64,000 nt of DNA. Source: Adineta vaga (Eukaryota; Animalia; Rotifera). Within the stretch, counting starts at the first letter, position 1. Each line of letters starts with the position of its first letter. Below are positions 34,681-47,324 of this stretch, piece by piece. The stretch spans positions 1,302,001 to 1,366,000 of the forward strand of contig CP075492.1 in assembly GCA_021613535.1 (NCBI GenBank), read 5' to 3'. The notes beneath the pieces were generated by a model. The model made no database searches and had not been told where the DNA came from. It saw only the letters and a program-made list of their open reading frames with translations. The position numbers and the translations under genes are program-made.

Positions 34681-37600
34681 ATGCTTATGTTCTTATCAGT
34701 AAAGTAAGAATATCATTTTATACTTGAATATAATTCATATTTTATTCTTTATTGATGTCGTTATCATTTAACATTCTGTATGTTATAAAACTTTTATTAT
34801 TTATTAAGAAAAATGTCTTTTTTAGTTATTCACGTTTACTTGTTCGTCATTCATGGTTTGTACTTAATTTTATTGTATTTACTTGTATTACATTAACAAT
34901 TCTTACTTTTCTATTTACAAAATTACCTGATTTATCTGATCCACGAATAGGATGGGGAGCACGTGGAAAAGATACAATATTTTCTCAATTAATGATATTA
35001 CGTAATGCTGGAGAAAGATTTCGTCGTGCATATGAATTACCATTAGATGAAAGTCAATTATTCGGTGCATTTAAACAATTTATAAATATAACTGTTGATA
35101 ATCTTGATGAAAATACATATCGATATGATATACTCGAAAAAGATGATCTTTGGAAAAAGAAAAATTATGATGAATTAATTGATTATCATAATTTAGATGA
35201 ATCTTTCTATGATCTTGCTATGAACAATGATGATGAATCAGATTATAATGATGATGAAAAAGATAATCCAGAATCAACATTACTTTATCAATGGCATCGT
35301 GATCGACATTTTGGAATTGAAACTTTAATAACAAAATATATCGAAAATAAAATGTAAAGTATTATACATCAGTTTTTCATTATTTATGTTTGTTTGTTTT
35401 TTTCAAAAAATTTAGAATTAATATAACTGTATTGGATTTTGTTAAAAATTTACCACAATTTAATAAAAGTAATTATAAATCATCTCGATTATCTTTTGAT
35501 CTTTTTCGACCATATGCTCTTTTACTTGAACAAAAGTATCGTGGTCAAACAGGTATAAAAACATGATTTTTCTTTCTTTATTATATCAATAACAAAAACA
35601 AAAGTCATTTCATAGGTCGTGATGGTATGATTGAATTCTATATTGAACGTTCAAATTCTACTGATGATTTATTATCACTTAATCATTTACTTTCTATATG
35701 TCAATGGGAGAAAAAATTGAAAAATATTTTAACTCTTAATGATGTTCCAAGTCTTTCTTTAGCCACATTTGTTGCTTTATATTCATCAAAAACTGATTGT
35801 CAATTGATTAATTCTGATGATATTGAACATTTTCGTTCAATACTTCATAAATGTTTACCCTATTATATCAATGGTTATATGGATATTCCATTAAATGAAC
35901 AATTTCTTAATCGTATTCGAATTGAACATGAATTTAATCAATCAACTTATCAAGATCAATATAAAACTCTTTATACAACTTTACGTCATACATGTTTTTA
36001 TAAAAATATAACACGTTTTATTTTTGATCATTTTCTTGATAAAAATTTTCAACAATCAAAAGTTTCGAAATCAATGATATTAATATCAAATTATAAAGCA
36101 ATAAAATATAATCGTACACGTGATCAAACATTATGTCAAAGACGACAATCATATGCAATAAAATATTGTCAACAACGTGGTTGTATGGATGATTATAATA
36201 CAAAAATGTTATTTAAATCATGTGTTAATCAAACATTATCATTAAGAAATTGTAAAAAATATTGTCAATGTAAACATAAATGTTTAAATGAAAGTGAACA
36301 AGTTATTCTTTTAACACCAATTTTACGTGAAGAACAATTTATTAAATTCTATCGTGATTATTTTTCTAATCAACAAGATTTTTTAACATATAAAAATCAA
36401 TATATTAAACTTATTGCATTAAATTTTGCATATATTAGAGAAAAAGCTGCAATGGCTCAAGTATACAAAGGTAAAATTCAAATTTTTATTTTCAATTGTA
36501 AAATAAGAAATAATTTAGACACATTTCTTGTTATGATTGCTGCAGGATTAATTATTCTAATAACAATATTTTATTTACATAGTATAATTATAGCTTTTAT
36601 GATTATTCTTAGTACAATATTATCATTAGGTGTAAGTTATTTTATTTATCGGATTATTTATGGGATACCAATATTTCCAACAATGAGTTTTATGTCTGTT
36701 TTTATATTAATTGGAATTGCTTGTGATGATATATTTGTATTTTTTGATACATGGAATCATGAAAAATGTCAATGGTTAAAAAAATATCGTTTAAAACAAC
36801 AAAATATAAATATTCCATTAAATGATTTGAATATAAATGAAGAAAATGTTGATGAAGATTATCGTGATTGTTTAAATGAAGAAGTATTAATTGAAATTAT
36901 GTCGAAAACATTGAAACATGCTGCATCATCTATGTTTGTTACATCATTTACAACATCTGCAGCTTTTTTTACGAATATATTAACAAATATTTCATTTATT
37001 CAAGTTTTTGGTATTTTTACTGGTACATCAATATTAATTTATTTTCTTATTACAATTACTGGTATTGCTGCTTTTGCTGTTAGTTGAAATAATGATAAAA
37101 TAATTGAAAATTTTCTTCTTCTTTTTTTTTTTCTTTGAAAAGGTTATTTATGAAAAACATATTGAAAATATGTCATCATGTTTATGTTTTACTAAGAATA
37201 TGAAAGTATCATTAACTAAATTATGTCAACATTTTCGTGATTATATGTTTAATCATGTTATATCATCGATGATTATTAAATTACGTTATATTTTTGTTTT
37301 AGTTTTCTTTTCTTTGGGTATTTTAGGTCTTATTGGTGTGTTTTATTATCCAAAATTAAATGTTCCATCCACACCGAAAATTGCATTTTTTGGAAAAGAT
37401 CATCCAATGGAAATTTATGAATTTGAAATGAAAAAACAATTTTATGGTTATCTTAAAGAAGAAAATCGTTTTTTTGCTTATCCATCAATTTCATTTGTAT
37501 TTGGTATTGAAAATATTGATGATGGTTATCGATTTGATATGGATGATCGTGGTCATCTTCATTTAATGACAATTGATTTACATAAACAAATAACATTGGA

Positions 37601-38956
37601 ATTTTTTAAACAATTTATTAAAGATTTAGGAACAAGAAAAGATTTATTTATTTCAAATTATGATTTAGAAAAAGATTTTGATGGATTTTATCAAGTAGAA
37701 TTTTCTCTTTCTACTATAATATATAAAATTGGATTTTTTTAGCTTAGTAAACAAGATATTCATAGGGAAAAACTAATCGATGTAATTCAAAATTCTGTTA
37801 ATGAAACAATACGTGATACAATAATTAAAGATTATCAAAATTCAGCATTAAAAACTGCTATGCAATGTTTAACAGGTACAGTTGGAGGAAATAATCTTCC
37901 AAAAGAATTTTGTGAAAAACAATTGAAAAATCCACGATCACGTAGTTGGACAATTTTACTTGATAAACCATCATTAATTGATGGAAGTGTTCAACCATTT
38001 GCAGTTTTAATTACAATTCGAGGTAATATTAAATTATCGAATAGACATTTTCTATGGTTTCTTTTATATAGGTACTCTTAATCAAACAGATTATAAATCC
38101 TATGATGAATATTATCGTAAAGTAAAAGAATTTTTTGATTTATATATAAAACAAAATGCACCAGAACATTTAAAACATGCTTGGTTTTCTTCATCAGCTT
38201 TTGCATTTTATAGTATTCAACGTGAAACTGTTGTTGGTTCTTATTCATCTCTTATTGCATCACTTATTATTGCTTTATTAGTTTTATTTTTAACATCAGG
38301 AAATTTATTTATTGCGATTTATGCTCTCATTTCAATGACTTTTTCTATTAGTAAATCATTTTTTCTTTATTATAAAATATATATATATCTGTTTTTAGCT
38401 TGTACAATTGCGATATTTACTTTTTTCAAATGGGAATTAGGTATTGTTGAAGCAATTATTATTATTATGTCTGTTGGATTATCAGTGGATTTTGTTGTTC
38501 ATTTTGGTGTTGGTTATATTCATGCTGATTCACATTTTATTCAGCGTGAAAGAAACAAAGTTAAGAATCGATATTTATCATCGAAATCGAAAAGTTTTCA
38601 TTTATTATGGAAAGAACATCAAATTGAACGAGAAATACGTGTTAGAGAATCGGTATCTCGTGTTGGTTCGGCTGTATTTATGGCTGCTTTTACGACATTT
38701 GTGGCAGGATTTTCAATGGTACATGCATCACTAACTGCTTATCGACAAATGGGACAATTTTTAATGACAATAAGTATGTAAATATGTTCAAATAAATATC
38801 GATTTAATTTCTTATTATTTTTTAGTGTTATCATCATGGATTTTTGCCATGTTTTTCTTTTTACCATTATGCGCAATTATTGGTCCTGTTGGTAAATGTG
38901 GTTCAATTCAATTTTCGCGCATTGCTTTATGCTTGAAACGATGTATTCATCGATAG
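34681..38956 (+). CDS. Dispatched-like sterol-sensing-domain/RND 12-TM protein
   Basis: Spliced ORFs. PDLSDPRIGWGARG resembles the Dispatched N-terminal motif. TM4 GIACDDIFV, MFVTSFTTSAAF, TM10 VGLSVDFVVH, C-terminal FFFLPLCAIIGP. Stop at 38954-38956. Confidence 0.88.
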
Positions 38957-39067
38957 TTTCAAGTCATTTAGTTAATATTTATTTTAGATAAATGTGAACG
39001 TTTTTTCTTTCAAAAAAAAAATCTAAAATATCTATTGATTACCAGAAATAGTTAGACGTTTTTAAAT

Positions 39068-39086
39068 AGGGTGTAGATGTGGGTGA
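39068..39086. repeat. Telomere-like element, single arm
   Basis: AGGGTGTAGATGTGGGTGA, about 110 nt after the Dispatched-like stop. Confidence 0.55.
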
Positions 39087-39908
39087 AGAATGTGTAAAAA
39101 CGCGGTCATAAGCTTGGATAGTATCACTTAAAAATTATATTAACAATGAGCATTTTCGTAATGAAACTATTTTGTCTAACTTATATAAAATCCTAACTGC
39201 AGCACATTGTATCTCCAACGCTAATATTTATACACCATACGTCAAAATCCATAGAAGAACAATATAATTTTTCTAGAAAGTTAATATGTTCCCATATTCA
39301 TCGAGAGAAGATCACATAGCAAATCTTAAACACATTTACTGTGATCTAATACCTCAAATCAATGCATAAATAAACTATCTATTCAATTCACCATATAATC
39401 ATCCTGAGAAAACTACCTTTTCAATGATCATGAACTAACCCAAAAATTAGCTCATACTCTACTCAATATCAAATTGAACTTTTTCCCAAATATTTTCTCA
39501 CGAATAAAATCATTTCGAATCAATACAGAAAAACATGAAACTATGACGCAACAGTTTTTTCTTGTCAACAAATTGTACTTGATTATTTAGAAATTCATAT
39601 ATATATCTTTTATTAATCGATCTGTTATTTAATAAAACTCATAAAGTTACTCACTTAAAATCATAAGTAAAATTCGTTTGACTTTAGTGTATTCTATTAT
39701 TTATATAAATGATGATATGTATTATATGTAGGGAAACTTGATTATAACGAAATTAAGAAATATAATACATAATTCTGAAGAACTTTCTATTGTTAATAGA
39801 ATAGATTATGATGTAAAACTTTGTTCTTCATGTGGTGTTTGTGCTGAGTACGAAATCATGGAAAAAAATAGAAAACATAAAAATCTTTTTTCCCATGTGA
39901 CTCCCATT

Positions 39909-39940
39909 GAAAGAAAGAAAGAAAGAAAGAAAGAAAGAAA
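39909..39940. repeat. (GAAA)n microsatellite
   Basis: Direct reading. Confidence 0.85.
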
Positions 39941-40193
39941 AGAACTGTCATCATGGCACATACAATCTGATCTTATCAAATATGTTTTGTATTTATCGAC
40001 ACAATAAAAAAATTTTAAAAATGTATATGCATCATACGTATATATAAATGGAGGCTATTTCTTTTTAAGCAATTTGTTTTCTTTCATTGATTGCTCTTTA
40101 AAATTAGAAAGTACATATACGATGTTATATCTAACATTGACTTTGCTTCTTATATTATATTTATTGTTCTCATCATCTATTACCTTGGACTCC

Positions 40194-40255
40194 GAGGGTG
40201 GTGAGGGTGTGACTGTGGCTGTGAGTGCTCCTATCTTCTGTCACTCATACCCTCA
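40194..40255. repeat. Telomere-like palindromic element
   Basis: GAGGGTGGTGAGGGTGTG...CACTCATACCCTCA. Confidence 0.75.
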
Positions 40256-41243
40256 TCATATTTTAAGACACTTTCGAAAAGCTTTCTATGCTGATGAAAC
40301 TCGATATACACTATTCCAGAACGAAAGAGAAAAGATTCATCTGCAAAAAAACCGTAACCAGAAGATTAATGACAATATTTATTTATTAAAGATAAATTCA
40401 ATCAATTATTAGTGATACAAAAGACTTTTTATTAATCACAAAAAATTCTACAGATTCACAACAGTTACTAATAACGATAAATGATGATGAAAGATTTTAG
40501 TCGCAAACGACAATAATTCCAGTCAATCTATATCGAATTGCTCTATTATGATGTTAATAGAGTCCTGGAAGTGTGACAGTACGGCTCTGTTTTACATTAT
40601 TTGGCAATTGATGAATCAAGTGAAGAACAACATTACTCGCAAGATTCTTTTGAATAGTGTTGTTTTGTTTTCCAGTATATAGATCGATAGATAACACATA
40701 GCGGCTGTCCACATCACACAATAACCAAAATTTAAGACCATACTTAGCCGGCTTATTTGGAATGTACTGCACGAAACAGCAACGACCTCGATATGGTCCC
40801 AGCTGCTCATCGACTGTTAACTTTTCACCAGGTATAAAATGTTTAGGAAGTTGCTTGACAAAAAGTTCAAATACACGTCGGATCGACGACAAATAATCAA
40901 TTTTATCTCTAGTTTGTAGATTTTCAAATCGGATGAAGTGTAGCAACTGTCGAAAACGTTGTAGGGACATTGTTGCACGATATAGTGGACTACTTTGACT
41001 GATGTCCCATAAGTCACTCAGAGATTCATGGTTGCTTCGATGAACACCAGAGCGTATTAACAATCCAATAAATGATTCTAATTCGATACGATCTAACGAT
41101 TTCCATTTACTTGATTTGAGTTTTGGTGAATGAGACTCTGACTTTGACTTCTTATTTTCATCAAAACATTGCTCAGCATAAGAGTTCGTCTGTCAAGAAA
41201 AGCTTAAATAAATTCAGAATCATTTGAACATTAGCAGTTGAAC

Positions 41244-44200
41244 ACGTAGGATATCTTAGCGCCCGATTCGAGTTTTTCTTGGGCGGATTCGTCTATAGAC
41301 CGGAACCAACGCTCATTTTGGTGGAACCAGATGCAGCTCGACGAGCTCTATCGATTCCAAAAAAAATATTTTCAGAAATACCCCCCCTTACCCCTCAAAA
41401 ACACAAAAAACAGCGAAAAAACGTCCAAAAAACGCTCAAAATCGAGAAAACCCTGGGCGGATTCGCCTGTGGACTGGAACCAACGCTCATTTCGGTGGAA
41501 CCAGATGCAGCTCGACGAGCTCTATCGATTCCACCTACAATTGAGTTCCTACATACCCTCCTTCCCACCCAAAATCACGAAAAACCACCCGAAACACCCA
41601 GAACATACAGTTTTTCTTGGGCGGATTCGCCTATGGACCGGAACCAACGCTCATTTTGGTGGAACCAGAAGCAGTTCGACGAGCTCTATCGATTCCACCT
41701 ACAATTGAGTTCCTACATACCCTCCTTCTCACCCAAAATCACGAAAAACCACCCAAAACACCCAGAACATACAGTTTTTCTTGGGCGGATTCGCCTATAG
41801 ACTGGAACCAACGCTCATTTTGGTGGAACCAGATGTAGCTCGACGAGCTCTACCGATTTCACATCTTATTTTTCAGTTTTGAGCTCTTTATAGCCGAGAA
41901 AAATGTGAATTATCAATCAATACATCATATATGCACTAACAAAAAAATTTCATTCGTTATTTTCTTTCAACCAATGGGATATTTTTCTTTTGTAAGATGT
42001 CATAAATCACAACTAAAATTTTTTTCATTGTTATATTTTTAAAAATTATTCCTTTCTCTGAAAGAAAGGGTTATAGCCTCGTTAAAGAGGCTATTAAAAT
42101 TGTTAAAGTTTGTTTGTCCAAGCCAATCAGGTGAAAGCTGCCTAGAAATCAATGAAAACTTAACTCGAGCAATCAGACAATAATTAATCAGAGGTAATCG
42201 AGGTCGAGGAATACGAATCTGACCTTAGTTCCCTAAAATTGTAATTAAATAACTAACTAATTAGCTAATTAACTAATGAGCATCCAATAACTTCTGAGTA
42301 AGGGTTGACCGAGCGGTAATCGAGATCGAGGATCTCGAATCTGATGTTAGTTTTTCGAAATTGTAATTAGTTAATTAACTAGTTCTAAGTTATTATACTG
42401 CCAAGTAAGCATGGACCGAGGGGTAATCGGGGTCGAATCTCTCGAATGCGATGTTAGTTTTTGATGCATCAGCAGCTGAGACGTATTTTGATCTTTCTCT
42501 CCGAAGAAACTCAATGATTCGTGAATTTTTGCTCAAATGCCATAAAAAATTATCGATAGTAATAAACTTGAATTTAATGCTAGTTCTATCTAATCGATTC
42601 CATCATTGTCTTTTACCTTTCTCTCCAAGATAGATATCTCAGTGCATATCGCTTTTCAAAATGGTGATATAAATCAATGAATTGGACGGCGTTCGTGGGC
42701 TGTATCTGACATTGGGATCATTTACGAGTTCTCAGTATAGGATTTAGTGAAAAGTTGACGAAAAACTGCAGTCCAAGTAATTGATACAATAGATACGAGA
42801 CTTGTGTCAGCTTTGTTTAAACATTTTTGCGTCGTCGATCAATATACGTCAGATCATTTTGATAGAATTTTTATGAGGAATATGTGGATAAAAACCGAAC
42901 GGATCCTTGTGATTATACTGTTGGCTTTAGCAAGGTATCAAAAATGGAGATAACATTCCGAGAGTGAAAAAAAACTATTCTAGTCATATATTCTCTAATT
43001 ATAACGACTCATAAAATAATACATCGTCTATCTATTTTCTTTCCGAAAGTCATAGTAATTGTGCCTTTCGAAGAGGAAACCAAAGGGAATTCATTTATTT
43101 CTTTCACAAATGAATCAGAAGTGGCCGAAACAGTGGATGTGTTCATGTGAACGGCTAGCCGTGAGTGGCCGACCGGATTAGACGTTTGTTTAAAAGCTTT
43201 ATAGGAAGGAAAATAAATACGGGTAATGCATTTTTGAGGAGTATCAAGCGATCAATTCAATTAATGTTTACAAATAGTACTTGTTTTTGCTTTTCTCTTT
43301 CAATACATGAACTAATAATACTTAAAAATGGTGAAAAGATGAGAAATACTTTTAAAAAGCATTTATGTATAAGGTTTGCTTGGATTCGGACCCAATCAGA
43401 TTTAGATCCAGCTTGTGAGCTTTACTGAGCACTCTTGTCATTCTTTCAGAAAAGGGTCAGCGAATCCAAAGGATGAGCGTTACTTGTAAATGCCTTCAAA
43501 TTAATTAAATACAAATCACAAAGAAAAATAAACGATCTTGCATCTGTTCTATATTATATAGAACTTGTTTAAATTGTATGTCATATATATTTCTGTTAAT
43601 TATTATTATAGATTCGTAGCAGTTTTGCTTCCTCTCGTAGATTATGTTCATTTTTTACAATAAACATCATTGTTCATGTGCACTGATACATTTGTAAACT
43701 GTTATTACAGATTAATAAAGTTCTTCTCTTTATTTGAAAGTGCACTTAATATGAGCAATGTACTTGCTTTAAATACATTTTCTTCATACATAAATCATCT
43801 CCAGTATTTAAACTCCTCATTTCTTTTTAAAAACAATCATCACCCAATAAATACCTAGATAATTTCTTTAATAAATACCTTATTATTCAATATTTTATTT
43901 TAAATTTTTACACAAAACTTCTTTCATTTTTCTATATTGGTCATAATGATCAGTACTTATTATTTATAGAATTAAATTAAAAAGAAATTTTAAACAAAAT
44001 TCCTTTTCTTTAAAAAAATTTCATAAATAATTTTTTTCTCACCATAAAGATTAATTTCTATGATTCTGAGAATTAATTTTAAATAAAACAATTTCTCAAA
44101 AAATTCATTCATTTTTATTTATATTTTCGTTAAAAAGAATTTTTTCGTTAAAAAAGTATTTTATCGATTAATTCTGTTAATTTTTTGTTCAACATTGTCA

Positions 44201-45212
44201 AATTTCTGTCAAACAACGGCAATTCACATTTTTCCCATCATTGGATGAAATGAATCAACCAATAGAACTTTTCTATCCAATCACATGCGTTCTATTGAAC
44301 TGATAGACAGCGCCCTCTATTTTAAAATTTATTAAAAAAAAATGATTTTAGGTCAAACATTTCGTCCAATTGATAATTTTTTTATAATCGTCAATACTCA
44401 TAAAATAAATAATTTTTAAAAATATAACAATGAAAAAAATTTTAGTTGTGATTTATGACATCTTACAAAAGAAAAATATCCCATTGGTTGAAAGAAAATA
44501 ACGAATGAAATTTTTTTGTTAGTGCATATATGATGTATTGATTGATAATTCACATTTTTCTCGGCTATAAAGAGCTCAAAACTGAAAAATAAGATGTGAA
44601 ATCGGTAGAGCTCGTCGAGCTGCATCTGGTTCCACCAAAATGAGCGTTGGTTCCGGTCTATAGGCGAATCCGCCCAAGAAAAACTGTATGTTCTGGGTGT
44701 TTCGGGTGGTTTTTCGTGATTTTGGGTGGAAAGGAGGGTATGTAGGAACTCAATTGTAGGTGGAATCGATAGAGCTCGTCAAACTGCATCTGGTTCCACC
44801 AAAATGAGCGTTGGTTCCAGTCCATAGGCGAATCCGCCCAGGGTTTTCTCGATTTTGAGCGTTTTTTGGACGTTTTTTCGCTGTTTTTTGTGTTTTTGAG
44901 GGGTAGGGGGGTATTTCTGAAAATATTTTTTTTGGAATCGATAGAGCTCGTCGAGCTGCATCTGGTTCCACCAAAATGAGCGTTGGTTCCGGTCTATAGG
45001 CGAATCCGCCCAAGAAAAACTGTATGTTCTGGGTGTTTCGGGTGGTTTTTCGTGATTTTGGGTGGAAAGGAGGGTATGTAGGAACTCAATTGTAGGTGGA
45101 ATCGATAGAGCTCGTCAAACTGCATCTGGTTCCACCAAAATGAGCGTTGGTTCCGGTCTATAGACGAATCCGCCCAAGAAAAACTCGAATCGGGCGCTAA
45201 GATATCCTACGT
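41244..45212. mobile_element. Foldback/MULE-like non-autonomous element, 3969 bp, ~805-bp modular TIRs
   Basis: Perfect 9-bp TSD CAGTTGAAC at 41235-41243 and 45213-45221. TIRs 41244-42050 and 44408-45212 begin ACGTAGGATATCTTAGCGCCCG and contain ~165-175 bp tandem units. No transposase ORF inside. Confidence 0.93.
42190..42465 (+). repeat. Three degenerate ~105-120 bp spaced repeats inside the foldback core
   Basis: GGTAATCGRGRTCGA..CGAATCTGA..TTAGTT near 42193, 42316 and 42422. Confidence 0.7.
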
Positions 45213-45316
45213 CAGTTGAACCAGATTTCTTTTTAATTATATTAGAAGCTGGTATTCGTTCTTTTGTTGGATTTGTATCAATTGGCTATGTGATACCGGC
45301 TTTTTCTAATGTTCCA

Positions 45317-45336
45317 TCTTGAGGGTGTGAGTGTGA
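45317..45336. repeat. Telomere-like element, single arm
   Basis: TCTTGAGGGTGTGAGTGTGA. Confidence 0.7.
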
Positions 45337-45996
45337 TTACGAGTGAGAAAAAAATTTGAATCGTTTTCTTGTATATAAAGTTCATACAATGGTCTATTAT
45401 ATTTCAATCTGAATTAAGAGAAAAAAAACAGACTTTATTTCCAACCGAAAGTAAGGAACTAAGGGGACTAATGACGCTACGAAACTTATAAAATGACTTC
45501 GTTGTTATTTTATGATGATCGGCAGCGTGTATAGGTCAGTATAGGTTCACTCTTCATAGTCAGAGTCTAAACAACTAATTTCATCGAAGAAAAAAAAGTT
45601 CAATACGAATGAGAATAAAATTTCTTGGACGAAGAAATTAGCATGTATATGAATTCATGAAAGTTTTTTTTCAGTAAAGCCTTCAGATTTATCGATGACG
45701 TTGTTATATTCTGTTGATAATTACAAGTTTTGTTGGTCCCCTTAGTTCCTGTAGTTATCTAGAAGTTCCAATAATTACAAGGATGATAAGGGTAATATCT
45801 AATTGAGAGTGAATTTATTGGTTTTAATTCAAAAGACTATTCTGAGGAAAGTTGATGTTTCTTAGTATATTCATTGTGAAAGATGTTGATTTGTTAGTTC
45901 CCCCAATTCTCGCTCTAAATATATGTACGAAGGTTGATTTTTTTTCCAAAATTCAATTTTGATGCGGAAACATTCCAGAATCGTTCATTTCTTTCG

Positions 45997-46054
45997 TATA
46001 CTTTTTGCAGTACACATAACTCTCGGGTAAAATCCGAAGTTTCTACATTTATTC
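45997..46054 (+). mobile_element. 3' terminal fragment of the HINE family
   Basis: TATACTTTTTGCAGTACACATAAC..TCGGGTAAAATCCGAAGTTTC, nearly identical to 19899-19955. Confidence 0.7.
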
Positions 46055-47324
46055 TTCTTTGCATATATTCTTTACCAACATCAATATTGAATCAGTCAGT
46101 CGGTATATTTGTCTTTCTTTTATATTCTACTGCTAATACCCGCACGTTCGTGTATCATGTTTCTTCATTTCTGTCCGTGTATTACTATGATTAATGGTTT
46201 TTTTCTCATAATCTACGTAAAATATTCCCACATTTTATCACTGGATTTGTGCGCATTTAAATATTGGCATTTTCCAACTATGAGTAATTTTTCTGCTTTT
46301 ATTACCCTATTTTAATAAAGCGACAAGCAGTTTTGCAAAATAAAAATGAGAAAATATTGCCACAAGCATTTTTTATACAAATCGACGGCAATTACTAGTG
46401 CATGAGTGGAAGAAATATAGCCTGTACTAGTCGAACTAACCTTTTGTAATTCATATCAACTCAACAAAACTCATGGAATCTGAAACAGAATTGGTCCTGA
46501 TCAGGTACGTTTTCCACCTACGACCATTATACTGCCATTCAAATCATTTCTTTTCTCTGAGTAAGATCGCCTTGATTACGCATTTTGTTTCCCCAAACAC
46601 AATTGAAAGGAAAATATCGAAAAAAGTGAGTACAAATGCTGTTGGGTGGATATCTGTGAATTAAACCTCACGAAAGATTAATTTTCTACATTTTTATCTT
46701 TTAATATTCTTCTCTTTTGCTAAACTAGTGTTTGGATCGTTCATTTATTCTGAAGGTATTTGTAATGACAGATTAAAAACACTTCAAAACACTCATAATA
46801 TGATGGAACTAGTGTAAACAGACGAAGTCTTGTAGGATTTTATTGATTTGATGATGTTTCTCTTAAACACTTAATATGAAGTCAATTGATGATTCAAAAG
46901 AGTGAGACTTCTGATATTAACAATTGAGTAGTAATTATTCTAGATTATTTTGAAATTAAATGTCTCATCAAGATCAATCAAATACGACTTGTCCGATGAA
47001 CCACGAAGATTACGTGGACAAGCCACAAATAACTCGTCGAACGAAATCTGGCATGTATAAAACATCACAGAGTACCGTGGACAAAGGGTGTTCGATGACA
47101 TAACTGAGGATAAACTGTCAATGCTATTTTTTGTACTTATTCTTTGTGTAAAGTGCTGAAATCAGTCTGACTTTAGTAGTTTTTTAACATAATAATTTGA
47201 AGTTATGTCAACAGAATAAGGATAGAAGAAGAAAATAGCAGACCGCTTAATGATTTGAATTTAAATTTTCATTTTCATAATATTCTTATTTATTAAAGGA
47301 CATCTCGCCGATAACAATACTCAC

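Larger units (their letters stand above)
40554..45315 (-). pseudogene. piggyBac (PGBD-like) transposase pseudogene split by the foldback element
   Basis: LYRATMSLQRF, LTVDEQL and YIPNKPAKYGLKFW in 40554-41063, truncated at RTVT before the second catalytic Asp. The N-terminal part at 45213-45315 (GIT*..RIPASNIIKKKSGST) continues across the insertion into ANVQ..FKLFLTDE. Confidence 0.85.

Noticed and set aside
41279-41860. Repeat-spacer pattern as a CRISPR array, and ORFs 41279-41838 / 44416-45013 as genes
   Set aside because: Spacers are themselves repeated (X/Y), units are ~165-175 bp, there are no cas genes, and the region is the TIR of a TSD-flanked element in eukaryotic DNA.
44309-44322. 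CAGCGCCCTCTA, a CTCF-like core
   Set aside because: Single short match inside a transposon with no supporting context.
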